A stretch of DNA of 64,000 nucleotides from Bacteroidota bacterium (GTDB taxonomy: Bacteria; Bacteroidota; Bacteroidia; AKYH767-A; OLB10): positions 73,490 to 137,489 of the forward strand of contig JADJMG010000010.1 of the NCBI GenBank assembly GCA_016709725.1, written 5' to 3'. Below, piece after piece: positions 1-7,934 of the stretch (positions are counted from its first letter, which is position 1; each line of letters opens with the position of its first letter). Under the pieces are notes generated by a model. It saw only the letters and a program-made list of their open reading frames with translations, made no database searches and was not told where the DNA came from. A program made the position numbers and the translations under genes.

Positions 1-28
1 TACCTTCGCCCCTCCAATAATCAAATCA

Positions 29-715
29 ATGAACTTGAAAAAAAGCATATTACCAGTTTTGGCAGCCGCCTTTATGGTCGCATCGTGTAACGCCCAAAAC
101 AAAAAAACAGAAATTAAAATGAGCAGCACAATTGATTCAGTTAGCTACGGACTCGGCGTAGCCATTGGCAACAACCTTAAAACAAGCGGATTTGATTCTG
201 TGAAGGTTGATGTGATGTCACAAGCATTAAAAGATGTATTTGCAGGAACTGCAACTATGAAGCAAGAAGATGCTGATCGTATTATCCAAGGATTTATGGC
301 AGAAAAACAAAAAGTTGCAGGAGAAGCAGAATCTAAAAAAGGTGAAGCTTTCTTAGCAGAAAACAAAAGCAAGCCAGGTGTTCAAACTACTGCAAGCGGT
401 ATGCAATATATCGTGTTGAAAGAGGGTACCGGAGCAAAGCCAGGTTTAAATGATAAAGTGACTACTCACTATCATGGAACTTTAGTGGATGGAACTGTTT
501 TCGATAGTTCTGTTGAGCGTGGACAACCAGCAAGTTTCCCAGTAAGTGGAGTAATACCGGGTTGGACAGAAGCATTACAAATGATGCCAGTTGGATCTAA
601 ATGGAAGTTATTCCTTCCTTCAAACCTTGCCTACGGAGAGCGTGGTGCAGGTGGTAAAATTGGACCAAATGCAACCTTAATTTTTGAAGTAGAATTGATT
701 TCTATCGATAAATAA
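29..715 (+). CDS. FKBP-type peptidyl-prolyl cis-trans isomerase (secreted/lipoprotein type)
   Basis: 228-aa ORF. Signal peptide ends at a lipobox-like VASC. The C-terminal FKBP domain shows TTHYHGTLVDGTVFDSS, GVIPGWTEAL and LAYGERGAGGKIGPNATLIFEVELI. Confidence 0.9.
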   Translation: MNLKKSILPVLAAAFMVASCNAQNKKTEIKMSSTIDSVSYGLGVAIGNNLKTSGFDSVKVDVMSQALKDVFAGTATMKQEDADRIIQGFMAEKQKVAGEAESKKGEAFLAENKSKPGVQTTASGMQYIVLKEGTGAKPGLNDKVTTHYHGTLVDGTVFDSSVERGQPASFPVSGVIPGWTEALQMMPVGSKWKLFLPSNLAYGERGAGGKIGPNATLIFEVELISIDK

Positions 716-734
716 AAAAGCATTGAAAATATGA

Positions 735-768
735 AAAGGGCTGGATGAAAATCTAGCCCTTTTTTTTA
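735..768 (+). terminator. Rho-independent terminator candidate after the FKBP gene
   Basis: AGGGCT ... AGCCCT stem followed by a T8 run, about 20 nt after the stop codon. Confidence 0.6.
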
Positions 769-946
769 TTGTTATTTATAAAATTTATTTGGATCAAGGG
801 ATAAATGGATGTCCAGGATTTGATCCTCGACCATTTGCCTGTCCTTCTTTGCGTTCGTTACTTTCCCCAAGTTTGGACGTAGCGTACGTTCGCTGCCTGC
901 TGCAGTTGGTCCAACTGCAGGGCAATTCACGCATCCGATAGCTATC

Positions 947-992
947 GGAATTCCTAATTCCTAATTTACCTAATCTTATCTTAATTCTGAAT
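947..992. repeat. Degenerate short-period AATT-rich tandem tract
   Basis: GGAATTCC TAATTCC TAATTTACC TAATCTTATC TTAATTCT GAATT. It ends 3 nt from the stop of the small minus-strand ORF 995..1204. Palindromes CCGATAGCTATCGG and CTGCAGTTGGTCCAACTGCAG lie just upstream. Confidence 0.75.
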
Positions 993-994
993 TA

Positions 995-1204
995 TCACGC
1001 TACTTTCCAATTCGGAGGATAAACCGATCTCGTAAAAGCTTTTGTTCTCACTAAGCCGCGTAAAATCTGAAGGCGGGAAGGCTTACCTCGAACTTCGCGA
1101 ATTTGTAAATATTCTCTTAACCTTTCTTTTTGATCTTCGGAAAGAGAAATAAAATGCAAGGCATTGAATTCTTGAATTCTCATGGCTTTATTCATGTAGA
1201 ACAA
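995..1204 (-). CDS. Hypothetical small protein (69 aa)
   Basis: Only an open frame with ordinary composition and no recognisable motif. It is flanked on both sides by repeat tracts. Confidence 0.3.
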   Translation of the reverse strand: MFYMNKAMRIQEFNALHFISLSEDQKERLREYLQIREVRGKPSRLQILRGLVRTKAFTRSVYPPNWKVA

Positions 1205-1402
1205 AGCTATACTCCGAAATTACCTTTACCCCTTACTTTTTGATGAAAAGTAGTTTCAAGAGGGCAGTTCTTGAAAAATCTTAGGTGATTTTGTATTATT
1301 ATGTTTTTGAAAAATTGACTTGTAATCACCTTAAAACTAATTGCGAAGCCTCGCTACACCACCCGATAGCAATCGGGACTAATATCGCGAAGCCTCGTTA
1401 CT

Positions 1403-1457
1403 CCAATTCGCCAATTCGCCAATTCACCAATTCACCAATTTGCCAATTTGCAATTCC
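1403..1457. repeat. 8-nt tandem repeat (CCAATTCG family, about 6.5 copies)
   Basis: CCAATTCG CCAATTCG CCAATTCA CCAATTCA CCAATTTG CCAATTTG CAATTCC. It ends 6 nt from the stop of the 1463..2659 gene. The palindrome CCCGATAGCAATCGGG and a duplicated GCGAAGCCTCG(C/T)TAC lie upstream. Confidence 0.85.
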
Positions 1458-1462
1458 TGTAA

Positions 1463-2659
1463 TTAGTTGCGTACCCCTGTCCATTGAACAAACAGATTCT
1501 CTGAAATCGACATCACATTATTTTTAAAGAAGTATCTACCTCCCCAACTATAATTTACTCGACTATATTCAGTTTCAACACCATTCTTGGTAACTTTAAT
1601 CTTAGTGATGATGCGATTTCTTTCCACGATATCCTCTCTGGTGATATTCTCTGATTCGGAATATTGGGGTCCTTCACCAGGCGCTTCTGCAGCAGCATTT
1701 ACAGAAATGCTTGGTGCATTATTTTCACTTCCTGAAGCGGGTAAAATGCCACCGCCTTTTGAATCTTTATCGGCCGTATACGTAGGAGCATTTAGCTGAT
1801 CTTGATCTCCATTTCCACTTTTAGTTGGTGGTGGCGTTTCACCGCCATTCACACTTCCTTTATTAGGTTGTTCGTCGCCTGAATTTACTGTGCCTGCAGG
1901 AGGCGGTTCATTCCCTTCATTTGTCTTTCCCGATGGTGGCAATTCTTCATTCGCTTGATGATTTGCGGCTGTGGCTTGATTTATTTCTGCAGATTCACCT
2001 GTATTCGCTTTCTCTTGTACATCTCCGTTAGAGGTAGATGTACTTGCCGTAACAGGCGCAACACTTTCATCGCTTCCAGATTGTGTGCTGGGAGATGTGC
2101 TTGCAGCTGAGGCAGTATCCTCAGATTGCTTTTCTTCCGCTTCATCTCTGGTAACTGCTGATAAGATTGATTTCGAATAGTCGGTTTCAAAATTGAATTC
2201 ATCTAAATTCTGATCATACTTAATCTGTGCAACCGCTTGGTTGTAGATAACCATATTCTCCTGATTTTGGAGAAAAAGTTTAACTCCGATCTTATAAGGA
2301 TCAAATCCAGATGAAATTCGGCTTGAAGGAGCCTTCGTATTTACTTCGATGGTCTTGCTGATGTAGCCCGGTTTCGAGAAAATAAGTGTATACTTCTTAT
2401 TGAAGTCGAGCTTGAAACGCATTTTACTAGCACCACTTTGGGTAAAGGCGTCTTTTCCTTCTTTTTTGACTTTAATGACCACTTCCGACATGTTTCCTTT
2501 TTCGATATCCAGTTTTACAGGAATCTCCAGGAAATTTTGTTGTGCGAATAAAGGTCCGACCATGAGCATAAGCCCAAGTAAAAGCTGAATTTTCAGCCAT
2601 TTAAATTGTGGCATGAGGTATAACATAAGGCAATAGTTGGTTAGTTTGCTTAAGATCAT
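1463..2659 (-). CDS. Hypothetical secreted protein with a long S/T/G/P/E-rich low-complexity linker
   Basis: 398-aa ORF. Signal-like N-terminus (MPQFKWLKIQLLLGLMLMVGPLFAQ, so the true start may be about 2614). N-terminal beta-rich domain, central low-complexity region and a conserved-looking C-terminal domain (YSWGGRYFFKNN). Confidence 0.6.
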   Translation of the reverse strand: MILSKLTNYCLMLYLMPQFKWLKIQLLLGLMLMVGPLFAQQNFLEIPVKLDIEKGNMSEVVIKVKKEGKDAFTQSGASKMRFKLDFNKKYTLIFSKPGYISKTIEVNTKAPSSRISSGFDPYKIGVKLFLQNQENMVIYNQAVAQIKYDQNLDEFNFETDYSKSILSAVTRDEAEEKQSEDTASAASTSPSTQSGSDESVAPVTASTSTSNGDVQEKANTGESAEINQATAANHQANEELPPSGKTNEGNEPPPAGTVNSGDEQPNKGSVNGGETPPPTKSGNGDQDQLNAPTYTADKDSKGGGILPASGSENNAPSISVNAAAEAPGEGPQYSESENITREDIVERNRIITKIKVTKNGVETEYSRVNYSWGGRYFFKNNVMSISENLFVQWTGVRN

Positions 2660-2709
2660 TGCTTTTTTAGAGCAACTTTCTATCGCGATTTGAAGTAGAA
2701 TGATGAAAT

Positions 2710-3198
2710 TTGATCCCCATGATGAGAGCCCTGTTTCCCAAACAACTTCTAAAAGGCAAACTACTATGCCTGATATTATTAATGAATCTATTTTCAGTCA
2801 TTTCTTACAGTCAGACCCCAGAACGTGGCGAGACTATTGCTTACATCAATAAAGTTTTAGGAGATCGTTATCAAGTAACTTGTAAAAACACGACGTTGGT
2901 AGTTTCTTTTTACAATGAAAAAGGGGAGATTGTACGGGAAGATAAAGTGCCGACTCCTGATTTAGATTTAAACATTACTTATGAAGCGGAAGACGGTTTA
3001 TTATGCATTCCCTGCATGAGAGATCAGCCAGAATGTTTAACAAGAGTATTAACCTTACAAAAAATAAAAAAGGGGTATGGGCGTTTCAGTATTCCAGTTA
3101 AGGATGAAAAGATGTTTAATTCCTTGAAAATTGCATTTGAACACTTAATTAGAGCTACATCAGAAAATGGATATAAAGAAGCCGTTATATTGGATTAG
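2710..3198 (+). CDS. Hypothetical secreted protein
   Basis: 162-aa ORF with a hydrophobic N-terminus. TTG start in the ORF track; an ATG at 2719 is an alternative. No recognisable motif. Confidence 0.5.
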   Translation: MIPMMRALFPKQLLKGKLLCLILLMNLFSVISYSQTPERGETIAYINKVLGDRYQVTCKNTTLVVSFYNEKGEIVREDKVPTPDLDLNITYEAEDGLLCIPCMRDQPECLTRVLTLQKIKKGYGRFSIPVKDEKMFNSLKIAFEHLIRATSENGYKEAVILD

Positions 3199-3694
3199 TT
3201 TTTCGATGATCATGATTTGCTCCTTTTCATTACAAGCGCAGGATAAAAAGAAATCAGACCAAGCGTATAAAAAAGGCATGCAATTATTTGCACAAGGAAA
3301 AACGAAAGAGGCGATTAAGTCATTTGATATTGCCATCAAAGAAGATAGTTCGTACGAAGACGCATGGATTAAGCGTGGATTTATGAAAGGAATGTTGAGT
3401 GATTTTGAAGGGGAGTTGAGCGATTACAATCATGTAATTAGCATGTATCCCGATCATGTTCATGCCTATGTTTCGAGAGGTGCCTATAATCGTTTATTGG
3501 ATTATGAAAAAGGCATTGCAGATTTTAATAAAGCATTGGAATTGGATCCTGACAATCAGGAAGCCTATAACAATCGTGGATTTGCTAAGAAGGGATTAGG
3601 GGATAAAGAAGGAGCATGTGATGATTGGAATAAATCAAAACAAAAAGGAAACGCAGAAGCAAAAGTCATATTAAAAAATAATTACTGTAAATGA
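3167..3694 (+). CDS. Tetratricopeptide-repeat (TPR) protein, secreted
   Basis: 175 aa with a signal peptide ending SLQAQ. Repeated TPR signatures (A..YN.G....G....A..DFNKALELDPDNQEAYNNRG). Confidence 0.8.
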   Translation: MDIKKPLYWISFSMIMICSFSLQAQDKKKSDQAYKKGMQLFAQGKTKEAIKSFDIAIKEDSSYEDAWIKRGFMKGMLSDFEGELSDYNHVISMYPDHVHAYVSRGAYNRLLDYEKGIADFNKALELDPDNQEAYNNRGFAKKGLGDKEGACDDWNKSKQKGNAEAKVILKNNYCK

Positions 3695-4089
3695 AAAAAT
3701 TAATTTCTTATTCGCTTGGGAGTGTCTTGGTTTTTACAATCTTATTATGTGCATTCAGTTTTTCTGATTCGGGAGATGATTTAAATAAATGTTTGGTGAA
3801 ATATAAAAGCGAATGGTCTAAACCATGTTCGCAATGCACTGATTATTCCAAAAGTTATAGAGCTTATTTTCGAAACGATTGCACGGAGTTATTAGATGTA
3901 AAAGTTGCCGCTCAGGAAAAAGATAAACGATGGAAAACATTTTCACGTCTAAATATGCATCCTAACGATACCATCGTTGGTTATGCCTGCAACGGGACTG
4001 GAAAATATTTATACTGGGTTCGCAGAACGGGAGATGATGCTATCGTTTTTCCATCCGATGAAGAAATCAATACCACATTTGCGAAGTGA
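3691..4089 (+). CDS. Hypothetical secreted Cys-containing protein
   Basis: 132-aa ORF whose start overlaps the stop of the TPR gene (ATGA), which suggests an operon. Signal-like N-terminus. Confidence 0.6.
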   Translation: MKKLISYSLGSVLVFTILLCAFSFSDSGDDLNKCLVKYKSEWSKPCSQCTDYSKSYRAYFRNDCTELLDVKVAAQEKDKRWKTFSRLNMHPNDTIVGYACNGTGKYLYWVRRTGDDAIVFPSDEEINTTFAK

Positions 4090-4093
4090 GTTC

Positions 4094-4168
4094 GGGGAAT
4101 CGGAGATGGGAGAGTGGGAGAGTGGAGGGAGAGAGGGAGATAGGAGTCGGGAGGAGTGGATAGGAGAG
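4094..4168. repeat. Purine-rich degenerate tandem tract (GGGAGAGT-like units)
   Basis: GGGGAATCGGAGATGGGAGAGTGGGAGAGTGGAGGGAGAGAGGGAGATAGGAGTCGGGAGGAGTGGATAGGAGAG. It starts 5 nt after the stop of 3691..4089, in a convergent intergenic spacer. Confidence 0.8.
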
Positions 4169-4276
4169 TAAGTATAGCCTACGTTATGGAGATGGAATTG
4201 AATAATAATAATGCCTAGTTTTCAAAGTTAAACGCTTGCTTAATTTTCAAATTTTCAAATTAGACTATTTTCAAAT

Positions 4277-5056
4277 TCATTTAAACCCTTCGTTCACCCC
4301 CAACCCAAAAAGCGCAAAATCATATTTTACGGGATCATTCTTATCCAATTTTCTTAAGTTGATGGTTAATTCGTTTACCGCTTTCCAGTCGTCTTGTTCA
4401 CGAGTTAGAAGTCCGAGGGTTCTGGCTACTCTACCAGAGTGAATATCGAGTGGACAATACAAATCTTTCGGTTTTATCTTCTTCCAAATACCAAAGTCTA
4501 CACCCGTTTTGTCGTTTCTTACCATCCATCTTAAATACATGCAAATTCTTTTTGCAGATGAATTACGTAGTGGATCTGCAAGATGTTTTCCCGTTCGACC
4601 AGGAGCAGAAAAGGAAAGTATTTCCATTCTCGCTTGATGGATGGCTAATGATAAATCATTTTTCTGTTGTATCCCTTTAGAAAAAACAGCTTCAAGACTC
4701 GATTGAGAGGTGTAGAGTGATTGTAAAGCTTTTAACAAGTACATGGCATCAATACCATTGAATGTACGATGTACAAAATCGTTAAATGATTTTCGTTCTT
4801 TGGCGGAATGGTGTAAGATAAAGTGATACGGTTGTTGATCCATACGTCGAATCAATTCATGTGCATTCTTTAAAATGACTTTTCGTTGTCCCCATGCGAT
4901 TAATGCGGTGAGGAATCCTGCTATTTCTCGATCTTCCTTTAGATGGAATAAATGTGGAATGGAGATGGGATCGTCGGCAATGAATGATGTTGTATTAAAC
5001 TGAAGTACTTTCTCCTCAAGAAATTCTTTCAATTGCAGAGCGGAGAGTGGCTTCAT
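4277..5056 (-). CDS. TIGR02757 (DUF2400) family protein
   Basis: 259 aa. The N-terminal pattern FIADDPISIPH ... REIAGFLTALIAWGQRK and the C-terminal CPLDIHSGRVAR ... YDFALFGLG match my recollection of this family. Confidence 0.7.
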   Translation of the reverse strand: MKPLSALQLKEFLEEKVLQFNTTSFIADDPISIPHLFHLKEDREIAGFLTALIAWGQRKVILKNAHELIRRMDQQPYHFILHHSAKERKSFNDFVHRTFNGIDAMYLLKALQSLYTSQSSLEAVFSKGIQQKNDLSLAIHQARMEILSFSAPGRTGKHLADPLRNSSAKRICMYLRWMVRNDKTGVDFGIWKKIKPKDLYCPLDIHSGRVARTLGLLTREQDDWKAVNELTINLRKLDKNDPVKYDFALFGLGVNEGFK

Positions 5057-5738
5057 TTAGCAATAATATACAAATTATTCTTTTCGCACAAAAGAATGTC
5101 ATTTGTAAATGAAGAACCTCGATTTTAAATATGAAACTCAACAACTATTTAAGAAGATTAAAATGAATCATTACATTATAATTATAAAATAAGTTTTTTT
5201 GCTTTTTTAACAGATCATTTTATTTCTAAATCTAAAACTGCGGCACTCCGGAATTTGCCCCTTGCAAGTACGACGGAAGAAGGAGCCAATTGGTAAGTTG
5301 ATATTCTATTATAGAGAGAAGTACGATTTAGAGGTAACCCAGACTGTACTGCTTTTAGAATTGGTATAATTATGCAATTTAAAATTTTAAAAGTGAAAAT
5401 AGAGTTTGTTTGTTAAATGTTCAGGCCTAGGGTTGCCAAACATTAATACGAGATGCTCCCCGTCGGGCTTGCACAGGGCGATTCGACGCCTGCCCCGTTT
5501 TTGCGGGGTTACTTTTCTTCTAAAGAAAAGTAAGGCTAAGAAAAGCAAATCGACGAAATGAAGATTGTATAATAGGGAAAGTCAATTCAAAATTGCGGTC
5601 AGCTTTTCAACCACACGATGAACAATTTTAATGCACATCTATTACTTAAAATAGGAAAGACATTGGAATTGGCATAAGCCCCAATAGTGAAGGGCTTCCT
5701 TTTGGAAGCCCTTTCACCGTCCACCGGGTTAGCGGCTG

Positions 5739-5824
5739 GAACAACAAAACCCTTACTGAGGACAAATGTATATCGGCTCATTCCTCAAATCAAGGGACAA
5801 GTGAAAGGTTCATGGACCTTAAAA
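5739..5824 (-). repeat. Unit A of a pair of homologous ~85-nt non-coding units (sRNA candidate)
   Basis: Read on the minus strand: TTTTAAGGTCCATGAACCTTTCACTTGTCCCTTGAT...CAGTAAGGGTTTTGTTGTTC. It shares its 5' and 3' blocks with unit B at 6071..6158. Confidence 0.55.
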
Positions 5825-6070
5825 CTTGTTAAATATCCTATTTTATGATTTTTTAATCATTGTTATTAATTGAAATACAATAATTTATGACTGTATTTTA
5901 AGATGTTATTTTGGATTTTCAATATTAAAAAATAGGGGAATGCACTCAAGTTTAGATTTGTAAAATATTGATTGCCAATTTAAAAATGTAAATTAAGGAA
6001 TTGGGTAAAAAGACAAAGTCCCGCCATGGCGGGACTCGGTCTACACAGAAAAGCCAAAACAATTACTGTT

Positions 6071-6158
6071 GAATAACAAAAACCCTTTACTTCTGCTAAA
6101 GTAAAGGGTCGTTACATCATATCAAGGGACAAAGAAAGTAGGCGTGGATGCTTAAAAA
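6071..6158 (-). repeat. Unit B of the homologous non-coding pair, ending in a terminator-like hairpin
   Basis: Read on the minus strand: TTTTAAGCATCCACGCCTACTTTCTTTGTCCCTTGAT...ACCCTTTACTT/AAGTAAAGGGT hairpin followed by TTTTTGTT. Confidence 0.55.
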
Positions 6159-6256
6159 GAGCCAAAATTCAATTAAGTGAAGTAAAATTAAGGCTAATTG
6201 ATTGATTTTTAATATGTAAAAATAGCGAGAAAAACGCTGAAAAAGGATATATTTGA

Positions 6257-6469
6257 TTATCTTCGAACTAATCGATATTCACCGTTATCGTCTTGTACTA
6301 ACATATAAACAGGGGTTTCACTTGGGTTTGATGTTGAATTGCCAAACCCAGATGTAGTTCCTACACCGAAAACCATTCCTGATTGCTGATCAATAACTAT
6401 AGCACCACCCTCTGAGTCTGATGTATTAATTCCTAATGCGAGTAAGAGAGTGATGATTAAGTCTAACAT
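6257..6469 (-). CDS. Hypothetical small protein (70 aa)
   Basis: Open frame only. Hydrophobic N-terminus followed by a G/S/T-rich region. No motif recognised. Confidence 0.25.
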   Translation of the reverse strand: MLDLIITLLLALGINTSDSEGGAIVIDQQSGMVFGVGTTSGFGNSTSNPSETPVYMLVQDDNGEYRLVRR

Positions 6470-6507
6470 TTGAATTAAAGATTTACAACCTCAAATATAT
6501 TAAAATT

Positions 6508-7887
6508 ATGAGTAATCACAAAGTGATTTCTATCTTGATAACAAACCTGACTATAAATGAAGTTAATTCTTTTCATAGGGATTTAAGTCATAGGACAGAT
6601 GTGAGCAGTAAGTTGTTGAAAATGTTTAAGTTAATTAGAAAGAACAAAATATGCGATCAAGATGAAGTAATCAAGGGGTTTATATGAAAATCTAGATAAA
6701 AATAGCATCGAATCTTATAGGAAACTTTGTGAAAGGATGATAATAAGTTGCTAAATATCATCGTAAGTTTTGAGAATTTTAAATTGGACAAAAATAATTA
6801 CTCGGAATATTATTTTAATAAAGTTCTTGTAAATCGAAATATTCATTTAATAGAAGTATTAAAAATTAAAATGTTGCCTATTGATTGGATGATAAAACAA
6901 GTTCAAATTACCTTAAAAATTTGTGATGAATTTGAGTTTGTGGAGGAAGGAATTGTAATGGAAAAGAATAATTTGTTGTTTCACTAATTATAAAGCTACA
7001 AGCCTACAATCAATCAATTTTATAGTTCTAATGTTAAGATTGCAATTGGCACATTATGAAGAGAAGTATGAACATGCAGAGAAAATTATTTTAGAAATTA
7101 TTCATATTTCGGAACAATATTCTGCATTGAAAAGAAGAGGTAAATTAGTTCAAAATTATATGAACTTAGCCTACACGCAATTTTATTTAAATAAGTATGA
7201 AGAAGCCTACTTAAATGCCTTAAAGCTACAAAAGAATACATTGAAAAAGATTTGGTTTTAAATAATTATCGCGAAGCCTGTGTCTTCGCATTAATTTACT
7301 TAAACCGTTACACAGAGGCAGAAGGATGGATTGCAAAAATGCTATCTTCAGGAATCGAAGGGAATAACCCCGAACAATTAAGCAAGCGCCATTTGATGAT
7401 GGGTGTATTAAAGTATTTGCAAAATGATTTTAAAGGAGCTTTTAAGCATTTACAATTTACCAAGGAAGTGGAAACCGACCGTGAGGGTTGGAACCTCGGT
7501 ATCCGGATGCTTAATATTTATCTCACACTTTCTACCGAAAAAGTAGATCTTGCCGATCAACGCATTAATGCCATGCGAAAACACATCGAAAGAACCTCTA
7601 AAATGCGCAATTTGCGGAAGCGCGATATTATCATCTTCCGCATTTTAAGTCACCTTTCGCGCTCCGGATTTGATTTTAAAGAGACTTGGGAGGAGCGAAA
7701 GAAGGATTTTGCGCTCTTGCGTTCAAAAACACCCGATTGCTTTTGGGTACCCAGAAGTCATGAATTGATCATTTTTGACCAATGGTTTGAGGCAAAAATG
7801 AATAATATTCCTTATGCGCCCATCTTCCCGAGCCCTCAACAGGATCCTGAAAAGGCTGTTGATATTTCTGCCATGGAAGAAGCTTAG
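6508..7887 (+). pseudogene. TPR-like/helical-repeat hypothetical protein, split into 5 frame segments
   Basis: Segments 6508..6687 (MSNHKVISIL..., 59 aa), about 6683..6750, 6748..6987, 7031..7261 and 7252..7887 read as one about 460-aa protein. That reading requires 1-nt corrections at G4 6675..6678, AA 6745..6746, T3 6979..6981 and A5 7244..7248. Confidence 0.6.
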
Positions 7888-7934
7888 TTTCAATAGATTT
7901 TTGTATTTTAGTCTTTCCAAACAATCACTAAAAT

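Noticed and set aside
1285-1527. 80-aa ORF reading through the CCAATTCG tandem repeat (SPIRQFTNSPICQF); likewise 3977..4171 through the purine-rich tract
   Set aside because: The translations are artefacts of the repeat periodicity. The ORFs overlap better-supported genes or their 3' ends.
5470-5500. tRNA-like fragment (GGCG TCGAAT CGCC on the minus strand) as a possible att-site remnant
   Set aside because: It has only a 4-bp stem with a 6-nt loop, and no acceptor or anticodon arms can be drawn. This is too weak to call.
5599-5781. 60-aa ORF in the non-coding interval
   Set aside because: It spans the hairpins and repeat unit A and sits exactly at the track length cutoff. It has no coding-like composition or motif.
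5057-6256. Housekeeping RNAs (RNase P RNA, tmRNA, SRP/4.5S RNA) in the ORF-free interval
   Set aside because: I looked for GAGGAAAGTCCGG-type P4 sequences, a tmRNA tag reading frame ending in ALAA-stop with a tRNA-like end, and the SRP GGAAGCAGCC-type motif on both strands. None was found.
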